Positions 24,091 to 36,989 of a stretch of DNA of 64,000 nucleotides are shown here, one piece after another. Source of the DNA: Utricularia gibba (lineage: Eukaryota; Plantae; Magnoliophyta). Both the position numbers and the translations under genes were made by a program. Under the pieces are notes generated by a model, which worked only from the letters and a program-made list of their open reading frames with translations, was not told the origin of the DNA and searched no databases. The stretch covers positions 248,001-312,000 of the forward strand of contig NEEC01000011.1 in assembly GCA_002189035.1 (NCBI GenBank), written 5' to 3'. Each line of letters opens with the position of its first letter. Positions within the stretch are counted from its first letter, which is position 1.

Positions 24091-26659
24091 CTATTTTTTC
24101 AAGTCATCTCTAGGCTTTTGCGAAGCTTCATTACCACCTACATCAAATGGTAACTGAGTAGCTGCTCCCAGGGGGGTATTAGGGGTTGGAGCCCAGGCAG
24201 GGAAGGATTGCATGCCTACAGCTGAAGTTACTCTCACTGGAGACACTTCGGTAACCTCCTCACTGCCTTCATCCAGGTATACCACATCCTGCATCGTCAG
24301 CTGATGATACTCAACTATCTCTCTCAAGAATCGATTTTCTCGTGCATAGACTGAGTTCTCTTGGGCAAGCCGCGCTTTCTCCGCTAAAAGAGACTCCAGT
24401 TGAAGCCTTATCTGGAATGTAAATATAATAGTTCCATCCGCAGCCTCAACTTTTCATTCATAATCTCTACGCAAAATAAAGAAAAAAACCACGAAAATAT
24501 GCTTCTAGTGACAACTCACCAGGTCATCATCTTCTGGGTTGTCTCCCTTTTCGTGACTTTCCCTAAGGATTCTGTTTTCTTCCTCTAGCTGAGCACAGCG
24601 TTCTTTTGCAAAAGCAAGATCAGCTTTAACTGTCTTCAGCTCTCTTAGAAGAAGTTTTGCTTTTGCAGCCATTGCCATTGACACCTGAGATTTGGTAATG
24701 TCACCCCCCATTATTCTTAGTGATGTATGGCAGTGTAACAAGATGTAAAGTTGCCATTGAGCATAATGTCGAAACTTGCACCACAAACATCATATTTCGA
24801 ATTATTTCAGTAGGGAATACGACAGGCTAAGGAAGAATTATCTGGAAACAATTACGCATGCCATTTATATGGATCCTGTGAAAAAGTTTAAGAAGCAACC
24901 AACACCAACTAATATACCCAACAGTGCTGTACATTAAGTCTTCAGTTTAGGCATGCCTGAGGAATGAACTATAGAAAAGACAAACTGGCGTATTCTGTAC
25001 ATGGTGTCTTCAGTTTAGGCATCTGAAAAATCAACTAGAGAAACAACAAACTGGCGTGTGCTGTAGATGGAATCTTTAGTTTAGACATGCCAGAGGAATA
25101 AACTAGATAGCAGAAAATCAGGCAATATATCATTTCCCTACAACTAATGCAATGCAGTTGCAACCTTACATCGCGAGATGCCTTCAGTTGTGTCTCCAAA
25201 TCACTATGCACCCGAGGTTGCCCCAGAGTCATTGCTTGCCTTGAGATGTGAATTTGTGAAGCTTCATTCGGTGGTGCTTTGCCACCCTTTTTCTTAATCT
25301 GAAACTTGCGAGTGTCCTGGATTATGCCTGCTGTACGGTTCTCCACTGCTGCTATCCCCTCCTGCAGCAATCACATTTTGAGGTGGCAAAAGCAGAACTA
25401 TGTACCCAAAACAGGTCCACTACATATCAATTAGCATGCTAGCAGTATAGATACACATGGGTGATAGCCTTCTCAGTTATTTCCTAAAATTAAAGCAAAT
25501 ACAAAAATATCATAACACGCATTCCAAATTTCATAACTGAAAACCTGCTCAAAAATCAAGGTACCATGCACAATTCAGGATATGGGATGTAAACCAAATG
25601 TCTGCGTTATTTTTCATCACCTTATATATACAATTAGATGAATAACCAAAACTAAGTATGACAGAAAAGGAGAAAATGTACATAGCAGCCTACCTCAAGA
25701 GCACTGCCGATGTAACTGAGGGAAGACGTAATTGCATCAAAACCCTTCCGGAAGTCCGGGCCAACAGTTTTCTTATGGATTTGAGGCATGGTATCGAAGC
25801 CTTCCGCCTGCAAACATAGCAAAGAAAAAGAACTTAAGGGATACTAACAGATGCCGATTCACCAAAATTGCAAATGCAGAGTCGTTGGCTTCTAAAACAG
25901 AAGCCTTTTGCAAGCAAAAAGCCGAATGGAAGTTTTGGAAAAATCAACTTCACAAAATAAGTGCACTAAGCTGTTCAGGAGAGGCCTATTTTGTATGATG
26001 GGAAGCCGAGAAATAAAACAAAAATCACACCTCATCCTTTTTTATCCCACCAACTCTTTGCCTTGCTGGCCAGACTAGTCTTTCATGTGATTTGTCCATA
26101 GTATTATCCTCATCAAGAATAGATTTAGCTTTACGAGCTAGAGTCCCCCAGAAACCTCGGTTAGGTGATTCACTGACATTCATACTCGGCGAATGCTCGT
26201 CCCGCACGAGTCCTACATCATAAGCTCTCCAGCTGTAATGTGAATTCCGTAAACTCCGCACAATTTCAACGGGAACCAGAACAATACCAAATTCACGCGT
26301 CAATTTTTCACAAATAAGTTGCATTGCGTATAATAAAGTAATTGAAGATAGAAATCCACGCCGCTAATAAAGCAAGGGGAAAAACACACGCAAAGAAAGT
26401 CTTGCACCTTTGAATAGGGGGACGTAGTATAACCATGTGGATAAGACATGGCCGACTGCTCGTAGAGTGATGAAAGCGATGAATCTCTGTGTGCTGATGA
26501 AGCTCGTATAGCTTTTGCGGCTAGGGAGGACGCAGAGGAAGCGGGAGAGTAGATTTCGGGGGAAGCATCAACCAGCGACCCATGCGGTGCCGGAGAATCG
26601 TGATTATATGTGAAAGGAACATCGAGCCTTCCTACTTGCTGTCTTTTTCTGTACGCCAT
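24091..26659 (-). CDS. Coiled-coil protein of the At5g01970/At2g30530/At1g30050 family; exons 26659-26408, ~26212-26031, 25807-25694, 25361-25170, 24684-24520, 24411-24091; about 408 aa; exon 1-2 junction unresolved
   Basis: [125 protein letters not shown]; GT-AG introns. Confidence 0.85.
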
Positions 26660-27397
26660 TATTCTCCGATAGTCGAACCCAGTCTCCCTCAGCGTCAATC
26701 AAATTTGCGAAAGCAAGGCAAGAAAAAGAGCGACCGAAATCATCACCTCCCGTTCTGCTGGCAAGTCAAACCCGAACTCCCATTTTCTGGTCCGGAGGCG
26801 CGATTCATGTTTTCCTGAGAAGAACACCGCAATTGATGTGGAGGAAAGGGCGTCAGCGCCACAAGGAAGGGGGCACTTTGATCTGATCACGCTGGGCGTC
26901 GTCTGGTCTGGTCTGGTTTGCTAAAATCTGTGTCGATCGCAATTCGCACTGGTGGAATAATTCAGTTGAAAGGTGATTAGTAGGAGGATCATTCACATTC
27001 ATATGCTTGCTTTATTCAACGGGCCTTTGTAATGTAATCTACGGTCCGGCCCGGTCCGGCCCGGTCCGTTTAACTATCCCTATGGACTATTTTAATTAAT
27101 TAATACATTATTATTATACACGGCCCGGGCCACCATTTCGATGAACCCGACCGACCGAGCAAAAGATAGCATTTTCTCCTCTCCTGGCGTTCACGGGCGG
27201 GGATCATCTTCTGTTCCATCATGGGATACACTTGGAAATGTTCCCTTGCAGTGGCTCGCAACTGAAATTCCAAATGCCCCGAAAATGAACGAAGCACTTG
27301 ACTATTTAGGGATCATGAACTGCATTAGAGTTCGATGCCAGCATCCAACTTTTTGAATGCTGGGATTTTTTCGCCTGGCGGAGCGGCAGCATCGAGA
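26660..27397. promoter_or_regulatory. Short divergent (candidate bidirectional) promoter between the coiled-coil and TDBD genes
   Basis: Start codons 738 bp apart on opposite strands; GC-rich GGGCC/GGCCC site II-like motifs and a 10-bp tandem CCGGTCCGGC at about 27042-27070. Confidence 0.5.
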
Positions 27398-29303
27398 ATG
27401 GTAGGTGTTTTAAAATTACGCCTTTTTTCTTGCCACATCCCATGGGGGTTTCTGTCAATTCGCTCTCGCAATAGTACGCTGAGTAGTTCTTAAATTTTGT
27501 GTTGATGTTTCGTTCTCTCGAATCCACTATTTTGCGAAATCGTAAACCTTGAGTTTTTGAATTGTTACGCTGAAAGCTGTATGCTCAGATGCATTGTTTC
27601 CCAGAATGTGCAAGTATATTTTTTTGAGGGTTATCTGATGCATGTCTTCATTGAGGCTGATTGTGGCTTCATGAACTTTTATCCCATTTCATTATATTCA
27701 TGTTCGTGATATCCTAGGAGAAGGAATTTTGGATCCCAAAAGTCGGTGGCCATGTCACTGGTACAAGTTCAGTTCTTGCCAACTCCCCCAAGTTGGAACC
27801 TAAGCGTAGCCACGAGTGGTTACTAGATTCTTCTGAAACAGAGGTGTCGCCTTGCAAGAAGCAAGCTTGGGACGCATCTTCAGGATTTCCATCGGTCCCC
27901 CCTCTGGCTAATGAAATCATGGGTCGGCAATTTCAATCTGAGACTGCAGTTCCTGTTACCGTGGTAGATAGAAATATGTCCATGGCCGCAGCACATAGTG
28001 GAAGCATAGGAAATGCCACTTGTAGTGTAGCACTTCAATCTAGTTCATCTTCTAGCCCAACAATGTCATATTGCCTCGAAGACATAGAAGCAGGGCTAAG
28101 TTGTGGTAAACTCAAAAGAGTTAAGGTGAATCAGGTGAAAGATGGGAGCAATAGATTAAGTACATCTATGGAACATGGGATGGAGATTTCAGTGGAGCAG
28201 ACATTCACTAGGGTTAATGAAAGCAATTTCATATCCATGGGGCAGCCTTCCGCTAAGGAAAGTGGAAATATATTTCTGATGAACCATCACTATGATATCA
28301 GGGAAGAGAATATCAGATCAGTGACAGCCAAATATAATAAGAATCTTGGCGATAATATATTGGTGACACAGGCCTATAATAAAGGAGACAACCATGCACT
28401 GTCTTTCAGTGGATACCAAGATGATTCTGTACTTGAAGCTCTGGACAGACCGATTACTTGCTACAGTTTGCTCTTTGAGCAATCATCTTCAGCACAGACT
28501 CAAGAATCACCAATCAGAATGGAAGTGGCCGTTCCAAGTGATGGTGTTTGTGTTAATGCCTCGCTGTCGACCAAACCTAAGGATGAATATTGTGGTAAGA
28601 ATAAGTTGGATACAAAACCTCCTAGGAAGGAAGCACCCAACAGTTTCCCATCGAATGTAAGGAGCTTGATCACAACCGGAATTCTGGATGGAACACCTGT
28701 GCGATATGTATCTGTTTCCCGGGAGGTATGCTTGTAACTTTTCTCTTCCCTATGGCTGTTTCGTATTGTTCCTTTTGGGTCGTAATGGGAATGTTGTTAG
28801 GAGCTTCATGGAGTCATTAAGGGCTCTGGTTATCTCTGTGGATGCCCTGACTGTAACTACTCCAAGGTAAGCGGGTTCATGTTATGGTTGTAGGAAGACA
28901 TTGACTGGTTCTGAAACTGAACTTGTTCAAGGGACTTATAGTACACCTTGTGTTGTGAAGGCACTTAATGCATATGAGTTTGAGCTGCACGCTGGTTCAA
29001 AAACGAAGCACCCTAACAACCATATATACTTTGAGAATGGAAAGACAATCTATCAGATCGTCCAGGAGTTGAGATCCACACCCCAGAGCAGACTGTTTGA
29101 CACGATTCAGAATGTGACGGGATCTCCCATAAACCAAAAGGCATTTCGCACTTGGAAAGGTGGTGAAAATGGTTTGCTTTTAGTTTTAGGTTTCATGTGA
29201 TTCATATCCGTACATACACCTTGCTTTCGGTCCTACAGAATCATTCCAAGCCGCCACACGTGAGATTCAACGCATTTATGGCAAGGATGAGCTCAATCTA
29301 TGA
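27398..29303 (+). CDS. Tify-domain-binding (TDBD/Jas) domain protein, At5g59830/At5g13660-like; exons 27398-27400, 27718-28725, 28801-28866, 28961-29159, 29239-29303; about 446 aa
   Basis: KRSHEWLLD...P.KKQA; NSFPSNVRSLITTGILDG; GVIKGSGYLCGC.DCN; NAYEFE.HAG.KTKHPNNHIYFENGKTIYQIVQELR; spliced length 1341 nt in frame; the ATG-only first exon is inferred. Confidence 0.88.
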
Positions 29304-30000
29304 CGTGAGTGAGATGCTCTTTTGTCTGGCGCGAGGCACTTTGTAATTTTTAGAGGCACTGATGCATTAAAATGGTAAATTTCTATGTGATGCATCAACT
29401 ATTATTATATAGGAGCTGGTATTTATTTCATCTCCACTTTTGTAGTGTAACGTGAGTCTGTTCAAACACCAGTCTTAGCGACGAGGTTGGTAAAAGAGTG
29501 ACTGACACCGAGGCAAAATTCATGTACTTTCTCTTACAGCATTAGGCAACCAAGCAGTTTTTGTCATAATGTGGATCGTTTACACCCACAATCTCATTTT
29601 GCTATTCTTAAACTATGAGCCCAAATAGGCTCATGAGTAGGCAGACCATTTCAATTTTTTTTAAAAAAATTATTAATATGTAGTCTAAAAGTGAATTTGA
29701 TGTAGACAGCAATTATCAGATTAGTCACAATAATAGTGATCGAATAGAAAAATATTAGGGTAGGAACGCCCAAACAGCAACGCGCTTGAAAGAGGTTTTG
29801 GGCACGAGAAACCAGGCTTGTGAAGTGCTCTGAAGAATATCTATCTTGTTATAAAGAAGAGATGGGCAAAAAGTAATTGAAAAACTATCTCCATATGTGA
29901 CGTGCTTGTGGAATACCTGCTTGTGAAAAACACCAAGTGTACGGGAAGAATGACGGGCCACTAGCACGATGGAGCCAAGGTAGGAAGTGCCCCAACATCA

Positions 30001-33000
30001 TGTTGGAAGGTAATGATCAAATTGAAGGTATTTCGCATGCTCGTATTACCTCTGCACCTGAAAGTAAGGATTTTGTTGAAGAGAGTCTCAATGTGAAGAA
30101 GACGAACACCTATTCGTTTTAGAAGTTGGGTTTAATTGTGTTGGGTTCAAGTTAGATGAAGTGCAATCCAATGAATGGATATTTCCCAGAGCCCATCTAC
30201 TCAAGTCCATCTACCCAATGAAATCTGAAAGATAACGATAGAACAATGACTTCTCAAAGAACAATGGTTATCTTCTCTTGTATAAATAGACCATGTAACA
30301 ACTCATTTAGTGTATCCTGTTTTTCAAGTATTCTATACAATAGCACCCGAAGTTTCCTCTGTCAATATCAAATACTTGCATGGTGAATCCGATGTGAAAC
30401 TCAATCATACACAAAAGCCTTCTCAATTTTAGCCCTCACAACATCTATGAAGAATATATTTTCACAGCCTCCTCCCATCTTTGATGGCACCTCTACGAAG
30501 TACATAAATTGGTCGAAAAAAATGGTCAATTACCTTCTTGCTTGCAAGCTCTGGGACGTGTTTGACCCTACACAGCACAAGCTTTATTACAAATGAAGAA
30601 AAGTGTTGAATTACAAGCTCCGCAAAGCCCAATCTCTGTTGGATCAAGCCGTGGCAAATGATGCTTATGACTTAATCAATAGCTGCTCCATTGCCTTGGA
30701 AGTTTGGACCACTCTCGCCGAAGCCTATGGAAAAAACCAACAAGCCTTAGTTTTGGAGAAGGCAATGAAATGGCAGCTATTTGAGAATATCAAGATGCTC
30801 TCTGGTCAAAGCATAGCGGCTTTTGAGAAATTCTCGACTAAAGTGGTAAATGATCTGAAGCAGCTCAGCAAAGTCATGGATGACAATCGGATTCGCATGA
30901 AGATTATAAGCATCATCCCTCCTCAGTACGCATCTACCATAAATGCCTCCATCTTCAATGGTAGCATCCATACCATGACACCTAAACAAGTGTTAGAAGT
31001 TCTCAAGGGGGTGGAAATGCACTAGCAGAACTACGAGCAACAAAACTCTCATGAGTCTGCTTTCAAAGCATAAGTGACAACTACCTCTCATGTCATGTAG
31101 AAAACGGACTCACCATAGGCAAAGCTTACACCTATCAGCACAGAAAGATTCAATAATCAGAACCTCTATCTGTTTTGTAAACAAAGAAACCATCTACCTT
31201 CTGCATGCTGGTGGCATCTTGAAGAAGTGTGTGCTTACTGTAAGCTGTCGGGCCACATGGAGAAAGTCTGTCCCTTGAGGAAGTATCACCTCCTAGATAG
31301 GAAATCTGAAAGCATAGAAAAAATCACAGGGAAATTGCCAAATGTAACTCTTTAAGATGCCTCTAATAAAAGTGTTGTGGAACTTTACTCTGAGTGTCAA
31401 AGCACCTTGCTCACATCCTTTACTGATCTAAGAAAACAAGGAGCATGGCTGGTGGACAGTGGATGCAGCCATCATCTTACTAATGACCTCTCTTTGTTCA
31501 ACACTTTTTCATTTTTACAAAGTAAATTTGTCAAATTGATGACGGAAAGAGTATACCAGACAAGGGACATGGAGCAGTGTGTATTGAGACACCCTAGAAA
31601 CCCCTAAAACTCAATGATGTATACTATCTACCGGAGGCTTCACACAATTTATTGAGCTCTGGACAACTAGTGGAGAAACAATTAAGAGTGCACCTACAGG
31701 ACAATCAATGCATAATCAAAGACGCTAACAACAATATTGTACTCATCTCACCCATGGTAGACCGTATATTTCCTCTCCTCAGTTCAGACTTCTCCTTGCA
31801 ATCACAAGTTTGCTACATAGCCTCCAAAGAATCAGTGCTATGGCACACGAGGCTAGGCCACCATTATTACGGATCTATCACCACCCTTCAAAGCAAAGGA
31901 CTAGCCATGGGTATCCCCCATCTTACACATCAAGAGAAGACTTGCAGTGTTTGTCTTCCAAGCAAACAAATAGAAAACCTTTTCCCAAAACTGGTACGAC
32001 ACCCTCTCACAAGCTTGATATTGTGCTCTCAGATGTGTGTGGACTAATGAACATCGTCTCCAATGGAGGAAACAGATATTATGTCCTATTCTTAGAGGCA
32101 TTCACCAAATATACTTGGCTCTATCTTCTCAAGAGAAAATCAGAAGTGCTGCAACATTTCATGGTCTTTAAAGCTATGGCAGAAGCACAAAGTGGAAGGA
32201 ATACCTTAAGATCTGATAATGGGGACAAATAGGTCTAAATTGAGCTGAAAAATATTTGTGAAATCAATGGGATTGTGCATCGATTTACCACCCCTTACAC
32301 TCCACAACAGAATGGAATCTATGAGAAGAAGAATCGTACTATTATGAATATGGCTAGATGCCTTCTATATGAAAAGAAAGTATTGTTATAATTCTGGGGA
32401 TAGGTTGTAAATACAGTTGTCTACATTCTGAATCGCCTACCAACATAGAGAAAGAGAAAAAATCACCATATGAACTTTGGTTTAATAAGAGACCAGATCT
32501 AGACCACTTGCGAATTTTCGGATCAGTATGCTACATTCTTAAGCCAAAAGAACTAAGAGCTAAGCTAGACACAAGATCCGATATGGCTATATTTTTGGGT
32601 TATTCAAACAAAAGCAAGGCGTATCGGGTTCTAAACCTTACCTCTCACAAAGTTGAAATCAGTCGAGATGTTGAAGTAGATGAGTCAAAGTTCTTTGATT
32701 AGAAGAATCTACCAGCTGCTTTGGAAGCAGACACTTCTACCTCTCATGTGCTTAACCTGTTTCTTGAAAATGAAAACAGGAACAATATTATCTCTGATAT
32801 TCCGGGACACTCCAACCCTTCAAGTTTGTCTACAGCCACGAGGGTAGATATTGATGTATCCATCACTAATCTTCTCCTTGCTACTAATGACCATGCCACA
32901 CAATCCAATGCTAGTTAGGAAGACCCTAGCTATCCTCCCTATGAACGCAGCACAGATTTCAACACCTCAGAAAACATTGAAACTTTTGCTCCCTTAGAAG

Positions 33001-34689
33001 ACGACATAGAAATACTCAATCCTTCTGATCAATACCTCATACCTGAAATGTATGTGGCTGCTTCAGATATTCTTGGACCACATCTCTCGATAAATGAAGG
33101 GCGTGATAGAGTGTCCCCTCATTTCCAGATTGTGCCTGAAAATATTATTGAATCAGAAGAAGGCTCTGATACAAGAGGAAACAAAAAATAGTGACATGAA
33201 TTCAACACAGGGAATCATTCCTAGAAAACTAACTGAAGTGACTGATGAATATCTACAGAATACATTTCATGACTACTAATCTGATGACAACTTAATTTAT
33301 CATTTCCAGAGCTACAACCCAAATGACAACGAAGACTATCTAAGTGACTCGGATAAGCCTCTAGACAGAAAATGTAGGTTACTCAAGGATATCATTGGAT
33401 GTAATCATCTCATGCTTGAAGATCAAAATATTGCAGAACGTATGAGATGTCCAGAATGGAAAAAATCGATGGATGAAGAACTTAACTCAATTCAAGAACA
33501 TGGTGTGTGGGAGGTTGTAGACAAGCGTGCCGGTGCCAAAGTTCTAAGCGTGAAATAGGTGCATAAGGAAAAACTAAATGCAGATGGAACTCACAATCGC
33601 TTCAAATCACGCATAGTGGCAAAAGGTTACCTTCAACAAGCCGGTATTGTCTATTGCGAGACATTTGCTCTAGTAGCCCGTCTCGACGCTATCAAACTGA
33701 TCATCACCTTAGCGGCTTATAACAACTAGAAACTACACCACTTAGACATTATTATATATGTCTACCCACCTACAGGCTACAAAATTGAGAATGGGAAAGA
33801 CAAAGTTCTAATGCTCAAGAAAGCACTCTATGGACTAACGCAGACGCCTAAAGAATGTTACTCTACCATTGACTCTTATTTTATTGAACAAGGATATATC
33901 TGTTCACTTTGGGCTCAACAATCTTTGCATGGCATAGCAGAAAACAAAGCACCATCGCTCAATCCTCGGTAGAGGCCGAGTATATGACCGAGGTTACTGC
34001 AGCAAATCATGCTCAATGGCTGATCGAATTGTGCGAAGATCTGTGCATTCACATCAACAAGCTGGTCATTCTAAAAATCGATAACAAATCGGCTATCAAA
34101 TAGCACAAAATCCCGTGATGTTTGGATGCACCAAGCACATAAAGATTAAGTATCATATTCTGTGGGAATATGTGAAAGAAGGATCTATCAAGCTTGAGTA
34201 CTTACTCTCTGAGATGTAGTTTTCAGACATCTTAATGAAGTGCCTCTTTCCCTCAAATTTCTACAAACTACAGGAACTATTAGGGTTGAGGAGGAATCCT
34301 TCAGAAACTGGCGAACACCTTCAATTGAATCATCAAGGAGGAATGTTGAAAGGTATCAAATTGAAGGTACTTCGAAGGCTCCTATTACCTCTATACCTGA
34401 AAGTAAGGATTCTACCGAAGAGAGTCTCAACGGGAAGAAGATGAACACCCATTCGTTTCAAAAGTTGGGTTTAATTGTGTTGGGTTCAAGTCAGATGAAG
34501 TGCAATCCCATGAATGGATCTTTCTCGGAGCCCATCTACCCAATGAAGTCTGAAAGATAACGATAGAACAACGGCTCCTTACAATATTCTATACAATAGC
34601 CCATATAACAACTCAAGAAGTGTAACCTATTTTTGAAGTATTCTATACAATAGCTCCCGAAGTTTCCTCTCTCAATATCAAATATTGCA
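30001..34689 (+). mobile_element. Decayed full-span Ty1/copia element with both LTRs (30001-30380, 34344-34689)
   Basis: TG...CA LTR pair; PBS 30381-30398; PPT AAGGAGGAA 34335-34343; TSD CATCA/CATCG; gag (UBN2-like), Zn knuckle CAYCKLSGH.EKVC, protease WLVDSGCSHH, LWHTRLGH, integrase, partial RT, RNase H; many stops. Confidence 0.92.
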
Positions 34690-36387
34690 CATCGTCTCCT
34701 ACATGTCAAAACCTGACACCCCAACATAGAGATGTACATGATTTGACGAGAGGAAAGAGAACTCAATTACGTATGAAGAAGAATGATGAGCTTCCTATCT
34801 ATAGAGTGTCGGAAAGACTCTTGCTTGTCATGCATTCCATCAATAGCCGAAAAACTACTAGGGCACATTAGGTTGGCGGGTAACAACTTAATCCGAGTTT
34901 AGTTTATTTGAGTTTTTATAAATAAATTTTATGTTAACATGTACTGAGGTTGCGCATACTAAGATAAAAAGTGTGACCGTATTACATGAAGTGGCGGGAA
35001 ATCTTTGGAAAGGATCAGACTATATGAGATAATTCAATGAACTTTGTAGATACGACTAGGAAGAGAAAATTTTTCGAAGAGGTTGGAGAGCATGTAGATA
35101 CATCGAATTATTCCATCAATCTAGATATCATGGATCAGAATATGAACTTTTCAATGTTGATACACCTCATGTCCCATTTGATTGTGGTGTAGAGGGTTTT
35201 AGTGTCACCCTAGAGAGTAGGAACTTTGAATCACAAAACAACGTCGGCTCCTCAAGGTGTCCTAGGTGAAGCCAATGGGGGCTTGCGATGATTCTGTGTA
35301 GTTCTTATGCCAAATGGAGGAGCTGAATGTTCAAACATGCGAGGAGTTACGTTGTTTGTGGTCAACAATGGTGCATTAGCCTTGAGACTTGGTAGAGAAT
35401 CATCGAATGATTGGAGAGCTCATCAAAGGTATGGCGTTACAACTATCTACCATTCAAAATTTTACCATAACAGAAATAATTAGGATAGCTACTTTCTTGC
35501 CTCAAGTAATTGTGAAAGAGAACTTTTTATGTGTAACCTAGATTCATACCTTAGACCTTGAAACATTTGTGATGTAGTTTTATACTAGTGGACTTCGTGA
35601 AGAATCGTATGTCAATGATATTGTATGATGAATCACTATTCAATTTTTCACATACCTATATTAATAAACGATAATTGAATAAATAGATGAATCATTAAAA
35701 AGTAATTATGCCTGCAATTTTTTAAAATTATAAAATAATAAATTTAGATATAAAGTATTACATTATTCATATTTTTATATATTTTTTAAATTTAGTAAAT
35801 ATAATTTACTAATGAGTGATGGGTATTGTTCAAACAAATTTGAGAAAGGGATAATTCTTAAAATTTTGTGTTTATAAGATCAGGTATTATTCAAAATAAC
35901 TCAAAAAATTAATGGGGTGGGAGGTGAGGAGTTGGGTGTTAGACATGTAAATTTTTTCAAAAAAATGAATGTTCGATGCATACTAAGTACGTAATATGTG
36001 GATAGTATGTAGAATATAAATTATTAATATTTACCATTTTTTCAATATAAAAAACACTCAAATTAACCCTAATATTCTTTTACGCACACTATTACATAAT
36101 ACCTAGTATGCCATTTTTTGTATATCTTTGTATCTTATTATACGCCATTTTTCCTTTAGTATCTTTATTACCTTGTACTTAATATAATGTTATTCTTTAT
36201 TTTTAATTAAAATAATTTTAATTTTAAAGATACTTTATTCATGTTACCTTTAATTCATTTTGTACTAAATTATTTTAATTATTTATATGTTATACATGCT
36301 AAAATTATTCAACCATCAATAAAATTATTGTTATAATCATGTAAAATACAATTTTTCAATAATAGAATTTATGAAAAATTGATTATA

Positions 36388-36563
36388 TAATAATAATAAT
36401 AAATTATTATTATTATTATTATTATTAAAAATATAATGCGTATTCTAAAATTGGATACTTTATAATTTGATGTATTTGATGTCATGAAATATTTTTAGTA
36501 TTATTAAAAATATGATGGGTATTCTAAAATTGGATGCTTTATAATTTGATGTATTTGGTGTCA
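36388..36563. repeat. (TAA)n/(TTA)n inverted microsatellite followed by an about 65-bp imperfect direct duplication
   Basis: ATAATAATAATAAT AA ATTATTATTATTATT...; 36421-36484 closely matches 36500-36563. Confidence 0.7.
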
Positions 36564-36989
36564 CATATCTATGTACTAAGGTATCTATGTAATGTATTAC
36601 ATGTTTGGTGAGGAGTTCAGTCTATGGCCCACCCTAGTACACTATGGTGTCAAGTAGTGGAAGTTGCGAAGTGCAACCCATTACGTGGATGCAGAGACGT
36701 GGAAATTCGACGAAAAATGGGTGAAGCCTGAATTTAATGGAGGTGTTCAGATTCAAATCCCATTACTTCGCTTGTGTTCAACTCATTAGCTGAAGGCTCT
36801 CTGCACACCTCTTGATTTTGCTTAACTCTGATTTTCTTTTTCAGAGTAGGAAAAATGTGGTTTAGTTAGCTGACATTTCGTTCGGCAGTTTTAGATTTCC
36901 ATTTTATTTTTACTTTTATTTTTTGGTTGGCAAACTGGGCACAATTCTGTTTGATCGAATATCAGCAAGTAGCTTATTATTAAGTGCAG

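Noticed and set aside
24938-25060. About 68-bp imperfect duplication in intron 4 of the coiled-coil gene
   Set aside because: Ordinary intronic slippage duplication that does not touch splice sites
34860-35600. Coding-like fragments (e.g. VLHEVAG, ankyrin-like) between TEs
   Set aside because: Too short and interrupted to assign to any family by eye
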